From NCBI GenBank assembly GCA_964016885.1, contig OZ024743.1:109554001-109618000 (forward strand): a stretch of DNA of 64,000 bases. Reading direction: 5' to 3'. The position numbers and the translations under genes are program-made. Shown one piece after another: positions 11,999 through 24,750 of this stretch. A model generated the notes under the pieces. That model was not told the DNA's origin and searched no databases. It saw only the letters and a program-made list of their open reading frames with translations. The stretch is from Eledone cirrhosa (lineage: Eukaryota). Position 1 is the stretch's first letter; the number at the start of each line of letters is the position of its first letter.

Positions 11999-13723
11999 TT
12001 GGATTCCAACAACGAAAAAAAAAAATTTGAAAAATTGCATGACAATACTAATAACACAAACAAAGACACAACAAACACAAAAATAACATTTGAAAATAAC
12101 ACCATATCAGAAAACAAAGCAGACGACAAGATTTCATTTGCACAGAAAACAAAGAAATCTTTGACTTATATAGCGGAAAACATTTCAGATGTGGTACGAA
12201 GGATCACGGACGCCAAACAATACATAAGTGAAGGAGAGAATGGTATTTTATCGGTAAAAATGCCTCAAGAATTCACGAAAGACATTGAAAGCCGAACGGT
12301 CAAGTTTCGGACCATCAACAACAGTACAAAAAAACCTGAACAGCCTTCTCAAGCAGATATCAAAACAGTACTCACAGAAGTACTTAATGAAACCACTTTC
12401 ATAAGAAAAGACAGACTGTATGGAAGCCTAGCAATTATCATGAAGAACGAATCGGCGGCAAAAAAATGTGCTTTGTCACCGATTCGTTCGAAAAATTTCA
12501 CCTTTTATCCATCTTATATGGGGAAAAGAACTCAACGCATATGGCTGGATGCAATGATGCCAGATGTGGACTACTGCTGGCTCATAGCTGGCTTCATCGA
12601 TCCAGTGAATGACAACGTGATTTCCATTGGGAAAACCACAGGCAATGCGTTCAGTGGAACAGGTATAGAGCTGGTAGTACAAATGAAGCCTGAACGCATC
12701 GCCCAAATACCCGACAGAATCCTATTAGAGGACCACGGGTATATAAACATTAGCGTGGAGGGGAGAAGGCCGTCCTGCCATATCTGTGCAGGCAGAGGGC
12801 ACCTGAAGGCCGCTTGTCCCCAACTCAACAAAAAGAAAACCCTGATACCAACACCAGCTCCACCACCACCACCACAACAGATAAACAAACAACAAAACTC
12901 AGTCCCACCCAACCCGTCCCTCAGTAAAACCACAACACCACCACAACACAAACAGTCACAACACATTACCCCAAAACAAAATACAGGCCCACCCAACCTC
13001 TCACTCAATAAAACAACACAACCACCGCAGACACAACACACAACACAGTCTAACATAGTGACATCCATCTCCCCCACAAAGAAAACCAACACGGAAACAT
13101 TACCAGCAAACATACCTCTTCCCTCCAACACTGAAGATAACCCAACGAATTCGGAGGAAGAAACGGAGTCCTTCAGACAGATTAAAAGGAAAAAAAGAAA
13201 ACATGTGCAAAACACACAAGGACAAACAACCCCCACCCAAATCTCAACACATTCCAACAAAACAGAAAACACCCCTCCAGCAACAAACAAAACCAAACCT
13301 GCACCTCCCCTCTTCGAAACACTCACACCATCGGAAAAAAAGACATTACACTATACTTACATCAACAGAAACAATAATAAATTAAATGAACTCATATACA
13401 ATAATCCATCGGTACAAACCGAAGGTGTAAACTTTGTTTCGTCAGAAAACTACCCACATTTAAAACTAATAAAGATCCCAATGAACCTCTACCAAAAACT
13501 AAAAAAGGATTTTAAGGAGGACGTAGGACCACCCTCTGTCAAACCCATAAACCGCGTCCTTCTAAAAAGCTTTCCCCATCCCCTTCCCCTCCCCAACACA
13601 ACTCCAAACACCCCAACCCCACCACACACTGACGACCCCACACCACCACAAGACACCCCTTCACCCAACACCCCCGACCCCATGGAAGTCGTGCAACCCG
13701 AACCCCGGGAAGCGGAAAGGTAG
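11999..13723 (+). CDS. LINE ORF1 (gag-like, CCHC zinc knuckle, Pro/Thr/Gln-rich C-terminus); true start uncertain
   Basis: 574-codon open frame, motif CHICAGRGHLKAAC, ends 33 nt before ORF2. Confidence 0.82.
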   Translation: MDSNNEKKKFEKLHDNTNNTNKDTTNTKITFENNTISENKADDKISFAQKTKKSLTYIAENISDVVRRITDAKQYISEGENGILSVKMPQEFTKDIESRTVKFRTINNSTKKPEQPSQADIKTVLTEVLNETTFIRKDRLYGSLAIIMKNESAAKKCALSPIRSKNFTFYPSYMGKRTQRIWLDAMMPDVDYCWLIAGFIDPVNDNVISIGKTTGNAFSGTGIELVVQMKPERIAQIPDRILLEDHGYINISVEGRRPSCHICAGRGHLKAACPQLNKKKTLIPTPAPPPPPQQINKQQNSVPPNPSLSKTTTPPQHKQSQHITPKQNTGPPNLSLNKTTQPPQTQHTTQSNIVTSISPTKKTNTETLPANIPLPSNTEDNPTNSEEETESFRQIKRKKRKHVQNTQGQTTPTQISTHSNKTENTPPATNKTKPAPPLFETLTPSEKKTLHYTYINRNNNKLNELIYNNPSVQTEGVNFVSSENYPHLKLIKIPMNLYQKLKKDFKEDVGPPSVKPINRVLLKSFPHPLPLPNTTPNTPTPPHTDDPTPPQDTPSPNTPDPMEVVQPEPREAER

Positions 13724-13756
13724 GTCTCTACACTCTCATTTGGCTCTGACGCCCAC

Positions 13757-16700
13757 ATGGATGTGTTAAGAGTAGGATGTTTGAATGCACGTGGCCTGGG
13801 CTCAACTTGGAAGCAAGCAAAGCTTCTAAATGACCTCAGGTCATGTGGTATAAATGTAATGGTTATCTGTGAGACTCGGATCAGCGTCGTGCGGCAGCTG
13901 GCCCCTACCTTCGATGACTTTGAGGTGCATGCATCTCTCTGTCAACCTGGAGGTGGGGGTGGGGTTGTCGTACTGCTGCAAAAACACCTGGGTCTTGCCG
14001 TACAGGTTGTGCACTCGGACCCGGAGGGTCGTTTGTTGGTGCTAGACGTTGGCAGTAGTGAAAGTGCGGCCTTTAGACTGGTCGCCGTCTACTCCCCTTT
14101 CGGAGCTGAACGGTCCGACTTCTTCCAGCGTTTGGAGACTTTTCTGGGAACGTCGCGTTCCCTGCTTCTAGCGGGGGATTGGAATGACATCCTGGATGCA
14201 CGTTGGGACTATGCAGGAGCATGTCCTAATAGAGGGGGGTGTAACAGCCTCAAGGGGTTACTCGACCGTTTTAACTTGGTCGATAGATATCGACTAGATT
14301 TTCCAACTGTGCCTACCTGGACTTGGAGAAACCACAGTGGTCAATCTAGATCGTACTTAGATAGATTCTTAGTTAGAAGTAAGGATAGGGACATATTAAG
14401 CTGTCCAAAAATGCGCACGGTTGGCTACACGGATCACAAATTAGTGACCTACGTGGTCAATCTCGAGAAAACACATAGACAGGGTCCCGGTTACTGGAAA
14501 CTTAATTTGTCTTTACCGGCAAAAGAGACTTACAGAAACCGGATTAGCAGATTAGTTAAGGAGAGGTTGACGGGTGCAATCGTCAACAACCGATGGTGGG
14601 CATCTCTCAAAAGAGAGATTAGAACAGAATCAATAAGTTATAGCAAGATGTTAGCTGCCGATAGGAATAGAAACGAGAAAGAATTAACAGGTAAATTAGA
14701 AGAGGCAATCAAGAGCGAAGATGTGGCCAGAGTGCTGGCATCGAGGACAGCCTTGAACCAGTTTTTCGATGCAAAGCACGAAGGCTGCGTCATTCGAAGT
14801 AAAATACGTGCTCTAGGTAATGAGGGGGCCAAAGCCGTTGGATGGGCCCGCGTGACAGAAACTAAGAGTGGAAATCGATCCACCATCCGGTCGTTGCAAG
14901 ACGAAGTTGGACGGGTGATCCGGGAGCCTAAGCAGATGTGCGAGGCCTTTCAAAGGCACTTTGCCCGATTGTTCGGGGGAGGCGAGGGTCCGGGCGGGGG
15001 CGTGGATTTCGGTCCATACCTCGACGGCCTGCCGCGTCTCTCGAGCGAAGAGGCAGAGTCCTGCGAGGGACCAATCTCGGCTGATGAGATCGGAGATGCG
15101 CTGAGCCAATGCAGCAGACGCAAATCTCCAGGTCTCGATGGTATACCTTACGAACTTTATTTAGCAATGCCGGTCTTCTTCTCCGAACTCCTCGAAGCGG
15201 TCTACTGCAATTGGCAGCAGAACGGGAGAATTCCTTGTCCTGTAGCCAAGGGCGTAGTCACGCTGGTGAGGAAGGACGAGAACAAGGGGGATAGTATAAA
15301 TAATTTTCGGCCCATAACCCTGCTAAACACAGAGTTAAAGATTTTGGCCAAGGTGTTAGCAAAGAGGTTGGCGCTTGTCGTGGGTGGCCTGGTGGGAGAT
15401 GCGCAGACATGTGCTATCCCATCCAGGTCCATTCACGATAACCTCCACCTCATGCGATACATCATAGAGAGGGTTGGCAACAAACCCGGCTTCGGTGGGG
15501 CCCTGATCAACTTGGATCAGTCTAAGGCCTTCGATAGGGTCGACCATGGTTACCTGGATGCGGTGCTAGCGGCGGCTGGGTTCGGTCCTGTTTTCAGAGG
15601 CTGGATCACTGCCCTACATAGCAACCACATCTGTTCTAGGATCAAGGTGAACGGCTACCTTTCGAAGCCGTTCGAAATCACACGATCCATTCGACAGGGG
15701 TGCCCTCTCTCCTCCCTTCTGCACGTATTGACTCTCGAGCCTTTACTGAGGAAGTTGGAGTTGCTGCAGGGTATCCCCCTGGAACCAGGATTGAGCAAAG
15801 CGGTGTCGGCCTACGCCGATGACGTAACAGTAATGGTATCAACCGACTCGGAGATCGAGGCGGTCGGTACCTTACTGGAGGAGTACGAAAGGTTGTCAGG
15901 AGCGAAACTGAACCGGGAAAAATCCATCGGGCTGCAACTCGGAACGTGGAGAGGCAGACCGATGCCTCCTGACGGTGTCGTCGGACACTGGACGGAGGGC
16001 CCGGTAAAGTTGCTTGGGGTCTGGTTTGGACCGGACCCCCAGGTGGAAAAGAACTGGAACGAGGTTACGAACAAGGTGTTTGCACTAACCCAGAAATGGG
16101 CCAAGTGTAAGCAGTCCCTAAAAGGCCGGGCGGAGGTGGCGAACATTTACATAGCGTCCGTCACTTACTACCGCCTGACTGTCGTGCCTTGCCCTAAGGA
16201 AACACTCACCACCATGGAACGCATGCTCTTCCAATTTCTTTGGAAGAAGCGTCCTCCTATGGTGAGAAGATCCATCTGCTGCCAACAACCTTCGAAAGGA
16301 GGGCTGGGGATGCCGTGGTTGATGATGCGTAGGCACGCATTAAGGCTACGGCACCTACAGGTATTCCTCACTGGTCAACAGGTGTGGGCTCCGTTCGTGA
16401 AACGAGCCTTTCCGAGACTCGTCTCGCTCACCGAGCTACAGTCCTGGGTCAAGCAAAGATCCGGAAAACTGGGAGACTGGCACACTGAGTGTGCTCAGGC
16501 GCTCAGGGCTCTCTGGCAAGCGGGCCGGGCAATCGGTGGAGAATCCACCTCATCATTCTATAGAGGGCTGGTGGCTAGCAGGGGCGATGACACCCTTGGA
16601 GAGTCGCTGGACATGGAGGAAGACGAACTGGCCAGCCTGTTCGGTAGGACATTCGGCCCAGGACCAATGGACAACTTCCAGAAGTCACTGGCCTGGCAGT

Positions 16701-17194
16701 GCTACCGGGGGGCTCTACCCGTTCGAGAGAGGCTCTACAGACACGGGCGCCCGGGCAGGGATCCCTCAAAAAAGATTTGCCCTAGATGCGTGCGTCACGA
16801 AGAAACCGTTGCGCACGCATTGGTGCAATGTCCGGGCGTGGCTGATCTGTGGGGCTACGCCGAACGACTGCTGTCGCGGGTGGCGCCGATTAAATTGACC
16901 GCCGAGTCCGTGATGACAATCAAACCGCCTCCCCTCTTCACAAAGGAAGCAAAGGCGGTTTTTCTGTGCGTAATAGCCATGTTGAAAGAGGTTGTTTGGT
17001 GGACACGATTGAAAGGTCTGAGGTCAGGCAACTTCCTCTCTGGCCATAGTCTGGTCTACTTCTTCCGATATCACTTCGGAAGAAGGATAAGAATGGAGAG
17101 AGAGGTGCTTGGCCACAGGCAGTTTTATGAAAGGTGGGTGATAGTGGCGAGAATGGCTCGTGTAAATGGGCCTTCTCTGTATACCATCCTGTAG
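13757..17194 (+). CDS. LINE ORF2: APE endonuclease + reverse transcriptase + C-terminal zinc finger (Tx1-like)
   Basis: 1145 aa uninterrupted: LNARGL, ICET, AGDWN, SYLDRF, TDH, GPGYWKLN, SPGLDG, FRPITLLN, LDQSKAFDRV, RQGCPLS, AYADD, CPRC...ETVAHALVQC. Confidence 0.95.
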   Translation: MDVLRVGCLNARGLGSTWKQAKLLNDLRSCGINVMVICETRISVVRQLAPTFDDFEVHASLCQPGGGGGVVVLLQKHLGLAVQVVHSDPEGRLLVLDVGSSESAAFRLVAVYSPFGAERSDFFQRLETFLGTSRSLLLAGDWNDILDARWDYAGACPNRGGCNSLKGLLDRFNLVDRYRLDFPTVPTWTWRNHSGQSRSYLDRFLVRSKDRDILSCPKMRTVGYTDHKLVTYVVNLEKTHRQGPGYWKLNLSLPAKETYRNRISRLVKERLTGAIVNNRWWASLKREIRTESISYSKMLAADRNRNEKELTGKLEEAIKSEDVARVLASRTALNQFFDAKHEGCVIRSKIRALGNEGAKAVGWARVTETKSGNRSTIRSLQDEVGRVIREPKQMCEAFQRHFARLFGGGEGPGGGVDFGPYLDGLPRLSSEEAESCEGPISADEIGDALSQCSRRKSPGLDGIPYELYLAMPVFFSELLEAVYCNWQQNGRIPCPVAKGVVTLVRKDENKGDSINNFRPITLLNTELKILAKVLAKRLALVVGGLVGDAQTCAIPSRSIHDNLHLMRYIIERVGNKPGFGGALINLDQSKAFDRVDHGYLDAVLAAAGFGPVFRGWITALHSNHICSRIKVNGYLSKPFEITRSIRQGCPLSSLLHVLTLEPLLRKLELLQGIPLEPGLSKAVSAYADDVTVMVSTDSEIEAVGTLLEEYERLSGAKLNREKSIGLQLGTWRGRPMPPDGVVGHWTEGPVKLLGVWFGPDPQVEKNWNEVTNKVFALTQKWAKCKQSLKGRAEVANIYIASVTYYRLTVVPCPKETLTTMERMLFQFLWKKRPPMVRRSICCQQPSKGGLGMPWLMMRRHALRLRHLQVFLTGQQVWAPFVKRAFPRLVSLTELQSWVKQRSGKLGDWHTECAQALRALWQAGRAIGGESTSSFYRGLVASRGDDTLGESLDMEEDELASLFGRTFGPGPMDNFQKSLAWQCYRGALPVRERLYRHGRPGRDPSKKICPRCVRHEETVAHALVQCPGVADLWGYAERLLSRVAPIKLTAESVMTIKPPPLFTKEAKAVFLCVIAMLKEVVWWTRLKGLRSGNFLSGHSLVYFFRYHFGRRIRMEREVLGHRQFYERWVIVARMARVNGPSLYTIL

Positions 17195-17476
17195 GTAAAG
17201 AAGTAAAGGAGAGGGGAGCACCTTCTCCATGTGCTCCCCGGGCAAAGGATTGCACACTTTTTCGGGGGTGTGTGCAACCCCCATCACGTCCCCTCCCTTT
17301 TGAGGTTATTTTCGATTATTTTCATGTTACACCCTTTTTACTCGATTATATGTAAACTCCCCCTTTGTATTTGTCCCTTCTTTTTATGCCTTTATGGTAA
17401 ATAAAGAAATCTATCTATATATATATATATATTATATATATTTATGTATGTATATATCTGTGTGTGTGTGTGTGTG

Positions 17477-17648
<172 letters not shown>

Positions 17649-19002
17649 TATGTGTATGTGTATCTCTATCATTTAAACTTTACTGTTTTTCAGAAAATTT
17701 TAAAGCAGTATAGACAACTGAATGCTTCAATCCTGTATAACTGATCATCATTTAAAGATTATATTTAAACTGCTTTTGTATTACTTAATCGTTTCCTACA
17801 TATATTATCTACATGTGATTACCAATGGTCTCTATTCCTTTTTTTGAGCTCTGCTCCGCGGTATTTCCCTAAGCCAGTTGTTTAGAGCTTAAGAAAAGTC
17901 TAATCTTAGCTTTAAGTCTCATAAGAAATGTTTTTCTCATATTCTTCCTAATTCCTCTCTCTAATCCCATTCTTCACTGTCAGCACCAACTAATTTGTTT
18001 CAATTGTTGCCTCAAACGTGTTCCAAGATATTTCCCGAATTCAATTCTATATACATTCTCAAAAATGCTGATATATCTTTAATAATTCTCTCAAGCATTT
18101 TAAACCATAGTTTGGATGTATATTTAGTTTAATTACGATGTCGACAAAAATAATCTAGAATGTTCCGGGTTTCACATTGAAAATAAAGCTAAAACATTTG
18201 TTTCGCTCTGAACGCCTGATCTGTGTAAATAAACAGTAAAATGTTATGGTCTTCTAATGTGCCTTTCATATTCCATTCCAAAACATCGATGTTTCGGCTA
18301 TATCATATCATAGGATATATTCCAAATGCCTAGCACAAGTTTTTCTAGGTTAAATTGCGACTTTTATATAAATGCCCTGATATCGGAATGAATAAGTTGC
18401 AGAATGTAGTTTTGATTCTCTCTCTGATTTAAACCCGTAGTTTTATTGCCGCAAGTCAATTAGCAGTTAATGTGGGTTGCAAACTTCGGCATTGAACATC
18501 ATCAAAAGAAGTAAATAACAAATTGTAGCATTTGGTATCAGCATTTTGAAACATCTTGCTTTGCTTTCGTTAGTACTTAAGAAAACATTAAATGATAAAA
18601 AAAAACTGGGAAAAAGAAACTCGTACATTTTAGATTACATACTGTTTGAATCGTACATATGGACTCCTAAAATATTTCACGCTGAAATTTATTTTATTCA
18701 TCGCTGTTCTTTGAACATTAAGTTATCGTTTTTCTTTAAATTAAATTCTGCAACATAAGACAGATATTGGTTATTAATGCAGGAACGATGCCAGGAAAAC
18801 TGAAACTGGTGGTAAGGGGGAGGTGGATAGTCCTAACCCCAGTATTTGACAGATATTTTATTCTACGTGACACCATTGAATACATGACAGAAACTTTTAC
18901 CATTAAGAAACTGTATATTGATCTGCCCAAAATATTGAGTATTGACCTTTTTCTAAATTTCGAACGGTTTCTCATTATATATAATGCACAGACATTAATT
19001 TA

Positions 19003-19383
19003 GGGGCGGGCCCCATGCTTTGAAGCATAGAGGTACCTCCCTTTATGATCTGAGTTCAAATCCCTCCGAGGTTGACTTTGCCTTTCATCCTTACGGGGTC
19101 GATAAAATAAAGTACCAGTAATGAACTGGATTAATTGCTGGCCTGGTGCCAGAAGTAGAAACAATTAATTTCTTACTAGTATCGGTGAATTGGCAGTATC
19201 TGTAGAAGATCGGACGCCATGCTTTGCAGCAAAGAGATACTTCCCTTTACGAACTGAGTTCAAATCCCGCTGAGGTTAACGTTGCCTTTCATTCTTACGG
19301 GGTCGATAAAATAAAGTACCAGTTATCTACTGGAATTTGCTAGCCTTGTGCCAAATGTATAAACAATTAATTTCTTACTAGTC
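19003..19383 (+). mobile_element. Two tandem Meta-type tRNA SINE copies
   Basis: Each has B box GTTCAAATCC and the GGGGTCGATAAAATAAAGTACCAG core; both end in AACAATTAATTTCTTACTAGT. Confidence 0.8.
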
Positions 19384-20412
19384 TACTGCACAAATCACCT
19401 ATCTATCTATTTTTCTATCTACATGTCAGCTCCCCCCTCTCTTTCTCTCTCTCTCTCTTTATACACATACACGTAAACATTTATATATATATATATATAC
19501 ACACGCACGATATGTCTTCAATTTGCCTTCTTTAATTCTTTTTGTTTCCCGTAGAGCTTTGGGCGACTAAAGATCTTCATTTTGCATATTTGCAGTTGTT
19601 TATACGTTCCTGCGCCCAATCCAGGTTTTTAATCGTCGCTTCTGTAGCAATGTTTGATAATGGTGCTAAAGATACTATCATCGCGCTCATTCAAATACAC
19701 TGCAATAAAGTTACCCTACCTTCCTAGATTGGCATCCATCAGTTATTAGTGGTAACGTCTTATATTTAGATTATAAGGAAAATAGTGTACAAGCAGCAAC
19801 TAGACATTAGGCAATGAAACAACAGATGGAATAACATTCTTACTTTTTTCTTATCATATACATGTTTAATTTGGATTCCAGGTTCTGCTTTAAATACTAA
19901 ATGAGCGTTTTATTACAGTTTGATAATGATAACATAACAATTTACATATTTTACTGTAGAACAGTCCCTACCTTGAAAAAGCCCGCTTCACATGTCTTTT
20001 AATATTTAATCAATACCACACTAATTATTCCTTATCAGCCGCATTACATGGAAAACAACTAATTCGTTGTGCGAATGATTTTACCTACAATATTTCTTTC
20101 AAATTCCACAATCAATTTGTGTCCGTAACTCAACAATGCAAGGTTGGGATAAACGTATTTTAACTGCAAGGTACATTTATCACAGTATATATAATAGGTT
20201 ACGCTCACAGTCCCATAACTGTCTTATAATGACAACATTCAAGAACATGATGAATGCGTTCGTACATTGCTAGGTTTCTGAATTGTATCGCGTCACAAAT
20301 TTCACTTACGTTTTCAAGTAGTTTATCATGTATTTCTCTAAAGTATTATAGATATTTGTCGTCTGTCATTTCTAAGTAACCAGGACACTGTATGTGGTAA
20401 CTTCCATAAAAT

Positions 20413-20599
20413 AATTGTTCCTACTTTTGGCATAAGGCCAGCAATTACCCAGTACATTACTGGTACTTTATTTTATCGACCACGTAAGGCTGAAAGGCAA
20501 AGATAACCTCGATGGGATTTGAACTCAGACCGCAAAGGGACGTAACTATTCTAGAAAGCCTAGCGCCCAACCCTCTACCGATACTGCCAATTCACCGCC
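20413..20599 (-). mobile_element. Meta-type tRNA SINE
   Basis: Reverse complement of the 9158 family; TAAAATAA on both flanks. Confidence 0.82.
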
Positions 20600-20872
20600 C
20601 TAAAATAACTCAAACGTCCATAAAATAATACCAAATGTTCTGACTCTTTTGCCTACAGTTCCAGTATGTACAAATCAAACCTATCAACATATGCCTGCTT
20701 CATCACTACATGTATACACTCATACTGTACAGTTCCTGGTCGATTCGGCACGTCAGTTTTCCTAATTTAACATGCAATCAATCAGCAGCAGGTATGCTCA
20801 ATATGTTTAAAGTTATTTTAAACATGTTTTGTTCTTTCGATACATACCGCTTTATATATATATATATATATA

Positions 20873-21244
20873 TAAAGAATGAATAAAAACAGGTACACAT
20901 CATAAAAAGGTAATGTATTCTGTGTGCTTAGAAATGTTTCCACGGTGGTTATACAGCCTAGTTATGCTATGTACAAATTTATAACTATTTGCAAAACTCA
21001 ATTATCAAATTATCAAATTTGCACATAACCACCGTGGAAACATTTGTAAGCACACAGAATAAATTACCTTTTTATGATGTCTACCTGTTATTATTCATTC
21101 TTTATCTACACTCCGGAATACAGAAGGATCAGGAACTGAGTTTCTTCAACTATTCTTCCATAACTCGTTGAGTAACCTCTTACCGTACGTCAACTCTATC
21201 CATTGTAGTAATTAACCACTACTGCATCCATGATAATCCGAAAC

Positions 21245-21248
<4 letters not shown>
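20873..21248. mobile_element. Inverted-arm PLE pLTR fragment (family E) in (TA)n
   Basis: Both arms match 40300-40575; the left arm is inverted; it retains only the 3' half of the HHR (GAAACATTTGTA|AGCA). Confidence 0.8.
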
Positions 21249-21308
<60 letters not shown>

Positions 21309-22096
21309 TGAAACACACTTTACTATTTTTCAATTCCAAATATTCCAATATTGTATAATGCACATAGGATGCCGCGAATGCATCTGGCTATTTACCACGG
21401 CAATTCGTTCGGTATTGTGTCCGGCATTTTGTACAACTGGCATATAGAGGCTACTGCTCCATACTTCATTTCTCTTATCTAGCTATTTTATTCATTTCTC
21501 TATCTTGTTTCCATTCTTTTGCAGAGACTAAATAAACCAGTTGAAATTTTCTGAATAATGTCAATCAATATTTTGAGTCAAAATAAACAGCAATATATTT
21601 ATATGCACGTGTCGTCTGATTATAGTTTCCGTATATTTATGTTTCTATTTCCTAGTAATGTTGAATCCCAACTGAAAATATAAGATCTTGTCTTGAACCG
21701 ACCCACCAGAATTTTATCTCTTCATCAAAACTTCACTTACACTGTCAACCTTCAGTAATGTCATGTAGTCGGAATTATTGGTGGCGTATTTTTTTTTAAA
21801 CGAATCAATAAATATCATCAAAATATCATCAAAACTTTCTCCATCACTGAAAGTCGCAGCATTTATCTGGGATAAGAAATTGACAGGATTCTATTATCAC
21901 GTCAGTGTACACAAAGATAAGTTGTAGATATAATTTTATATACGTTCTGATTAGTTTACACCAATTTCTTTTCGGGGGCTTTCTACTGTTAGAATATTGA
22001 AGGCACTAGAATCTTGCTGTATGTAAGCGCAGTTCATTTGAAACTCTGCTGAGTAGAATCTGTGATATGTGCGTCTATATATATATATATGTACAC

Positions 22097-22164
<68 letters not shown>

Positions 22165-22169
<5 letters not shown>

Positions 22170-22448
22170 TGCCCACTTTAATTTGACCGCTTGAGGTCTA
22201 TTTTATGGGTATGTCACTCTCTTATACTTCAAATATTGTATTTTATCTGATGAAAGCATACTATCAATTAGTATCATTGAGATATATATATTGAAATAAA
22301 TTATGATGCTATAGTGATATATTTTCCATTTATTACTATTATTATTATAATAGTCCAGATAAAGTTTATCTGTCGAGTGATTCATATCTGTTATGAACAT
22401 AATTCTGTTGGATACTTATCAACAAACTTTATAACTCATAGTTTATAC

Positions 22449-22450
<2 letters not shown>
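22165..22450 (+). mobile_element. Solo PLE pLTR related to the 28681/32191 pLTRs, with decayed HHR (22239-22298)
   Basis: TATTTTAT-CTGATGA-AAG..ATACTA/TAGTAT..-GAGATATATATA|TTGAAATA (GAAA mutated to GAGA); flanked by (TA)n. Confidence 0.62.
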
Positions 22451-22520
<70 letters not shown>

Positions 22521-22524
22521 TATC

Positions 22525-22818
22525 AAGTGACGACACCATTCGGTTACGAATGACCTTGGAATTTGAAACTAGATATTTACCCTTCTAGGCACAAGTATGG
22601 GCAAGCTTGTGCATACCAGGCTCCCCTCTTCACGCAACAGATTTTGTCCAAGGGAAAGGCAATGGTCGAAACAGCTTAGTACCAGGAACGTAGGAAATCA
22701 TTTCTACAGCTGAGTGAACTGGAGCAACGTGAAATAGTGTTTAGCTCAAAAGCACAACGCCAGGCCCAGTCAGATAATTGAACTTACAAGCCCAACGCTC
22801 TAACCACTAAGCCAATCT
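22525..22818 (-). mobile_element. tRNA-derived SINE of a second (CORE-like) family
   Basis: Minus strand TGGCTTAGTGGTTAGAGCG (A box), GTTCAATT (B-box-like), then a CORE-like TTGAGCTAAACACTATTTCACGTTGCTCCAGTTCACTCAGCTG. Confidence 0.65.
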
Positions 22819-22832
22819 ATTTCACGCACACA

Positions 22833-23010
<178 letters not shown>

Positions 23011-23382
23011 TGTGTGTGAAACTTAAACATACGTAACAAAGCAAATGACACGTACATTGAACAAATATAACAGTTGAACGCTTAGGATAATAGGAAAACT
23101 GTATTAACATTTCACATACAAAACATTCATCAGAAGCGGTTAAATATAATAGAGGTTTGGCAGAAAAGACATATAAATATGTATTATAACTCTATATTAA
23201 ATAAACATATGGGTAGCCTCGCTATCGAAGTAAAATATTTTTTCGTCAGGAAAATAATTTATTTTTCTCTAATTTCCTCTGTGAATATTTCACAGAGTTG
23301 CCAGTACGTTCCAGACAGAGAGATAGACATACGGACACACACGCACACCCACATGCAAACACACACGGACACACACACACAT

Positions 23383-23447
<65 letters not shown>

Positions 23448-24388
23448 AACACACCTATGTATATGTATGAAAAGAGCTTTCTTAGTTACCTGAAGATAAA
23501 TGTCGCATTCTAAATAGTTATTGATGATTTGTCGTGCATAAACCCGAGGGAATTTCTTCTGATTGAAACAAAACATGACGAGGTATTGTTGGTTCTGTCG
23601 TTCGTTTTAAAGAAAATTATTTTTTATAGTTTCTATATTTGAATATCCGTTAATTAGCTTTTAGATTTCAGACGAATAACATCTCATACATATATTCACA
23701 AGAAAGAAAAATGAGAAAATAATATGACTGACAATGATCGGAAGTTTTCAACTTTCAAATCTCCGTATAGAGAACACAATTCTTGCATTAATTGAGTTTA
23801 AAATCCAACACGTTCTCCTTTGCTGTATTTCCAGAACTGTTAGGTTTCACTAAAATTAATTTAAATTTGAATGTAGTTGTTATGTCTGATTTGATACGCA
23901 ATAATACAAAATACTTAATAAAGTAATGCACCAAGGCTACATCTACGGGCATAATTTAATTAAATTCATAAGCTGTTAACATTTCCACCGTCTGAAATTC
24001 AAAAGAGGTTTTCGTTGTCTTGGTTTTTCTGTCTCTATTATCTTTCTGATATATTTAATCACTACGTTTTGGTGGGGTCAAGTCATAATAGGAGGACAGG
24101 TCTTAATAAACAAACACAATATTATCCAACTTTTTAATAATGAATAATTAGAGTGTCTCTACATATTGATCCAAATGTGTTCCGAATTTCAATGACATAA
24201 TATATATATATATGTATATATAGTGTATTTTGCAATACACTGTAAGCTTAATTAAAAGCATTTCGAAGACCTTACGCTCTTGTTTTAGAGTAGTGACAGT
24301 GTCACTTACTTCACTTTTCAGCAATCAGGGGAGATAAAGCTATATTTGTAAAGACATATGTGTTTATTTATATATATATATACATACA

Positions 24389-24485
<97 letters not shown>

Positions 24486-24685
24486 CTTCTTTTCACCCGT
24501 CTATTTTTCACTCCTAACCTAGTTCCAATTCCAGCCCACCCGTACCCTCAATCTATCATATTTCTCATTCTGATGAAGGACTAGCGTCCGAAACGTTAGG
24601 ACCCCTTCCTGCTATATCAAGTGTTAACCTAATATATCCTTTCCATATACTGTACATATTGTGTTGTTATTTTTGTTTACCTTTT

Positions 24686-24690
<5 letters not shown>
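24486..24690 (+). mobile_element. Family A pLTR fragment with HHR core (24570-24601), stem I damaged by deletion
   Basis: CTGATGAAGGACTAGCGTCCGAAACGTT; flanked by (TA)n. Confidence 0.75.

Positions 24691-24747
<57 letters not shown>

Positions 24748-24750
<3 letters not shown>

Larger units (their letters stand above)
11591..17409 (+). mobile_element. Full-length, intact Tx1/L1-clade LINE
   Basis: ORF1 with CCHC knuckle, ORF2 APE-RT-Zn, AATAAA at 17400-17405; ATCTATCTAT on both flanks (11581-11590, 17409-17418). Confidence 0.88.

Noticed and set aside
17800-20400. Possible decayed transposase or host exons in moderately complex sequence (also 8480-9000, 38480-38960, 42850-43500)
   Set aside because: No sustained frame or motif that I can recognise; needs translated homology search
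24247-24325. Minus-strand CTGAAAA...CTTC-GAAATGCTT hammerhead-like string
   Set aside because: G8 missing, stem II register poor, single copy
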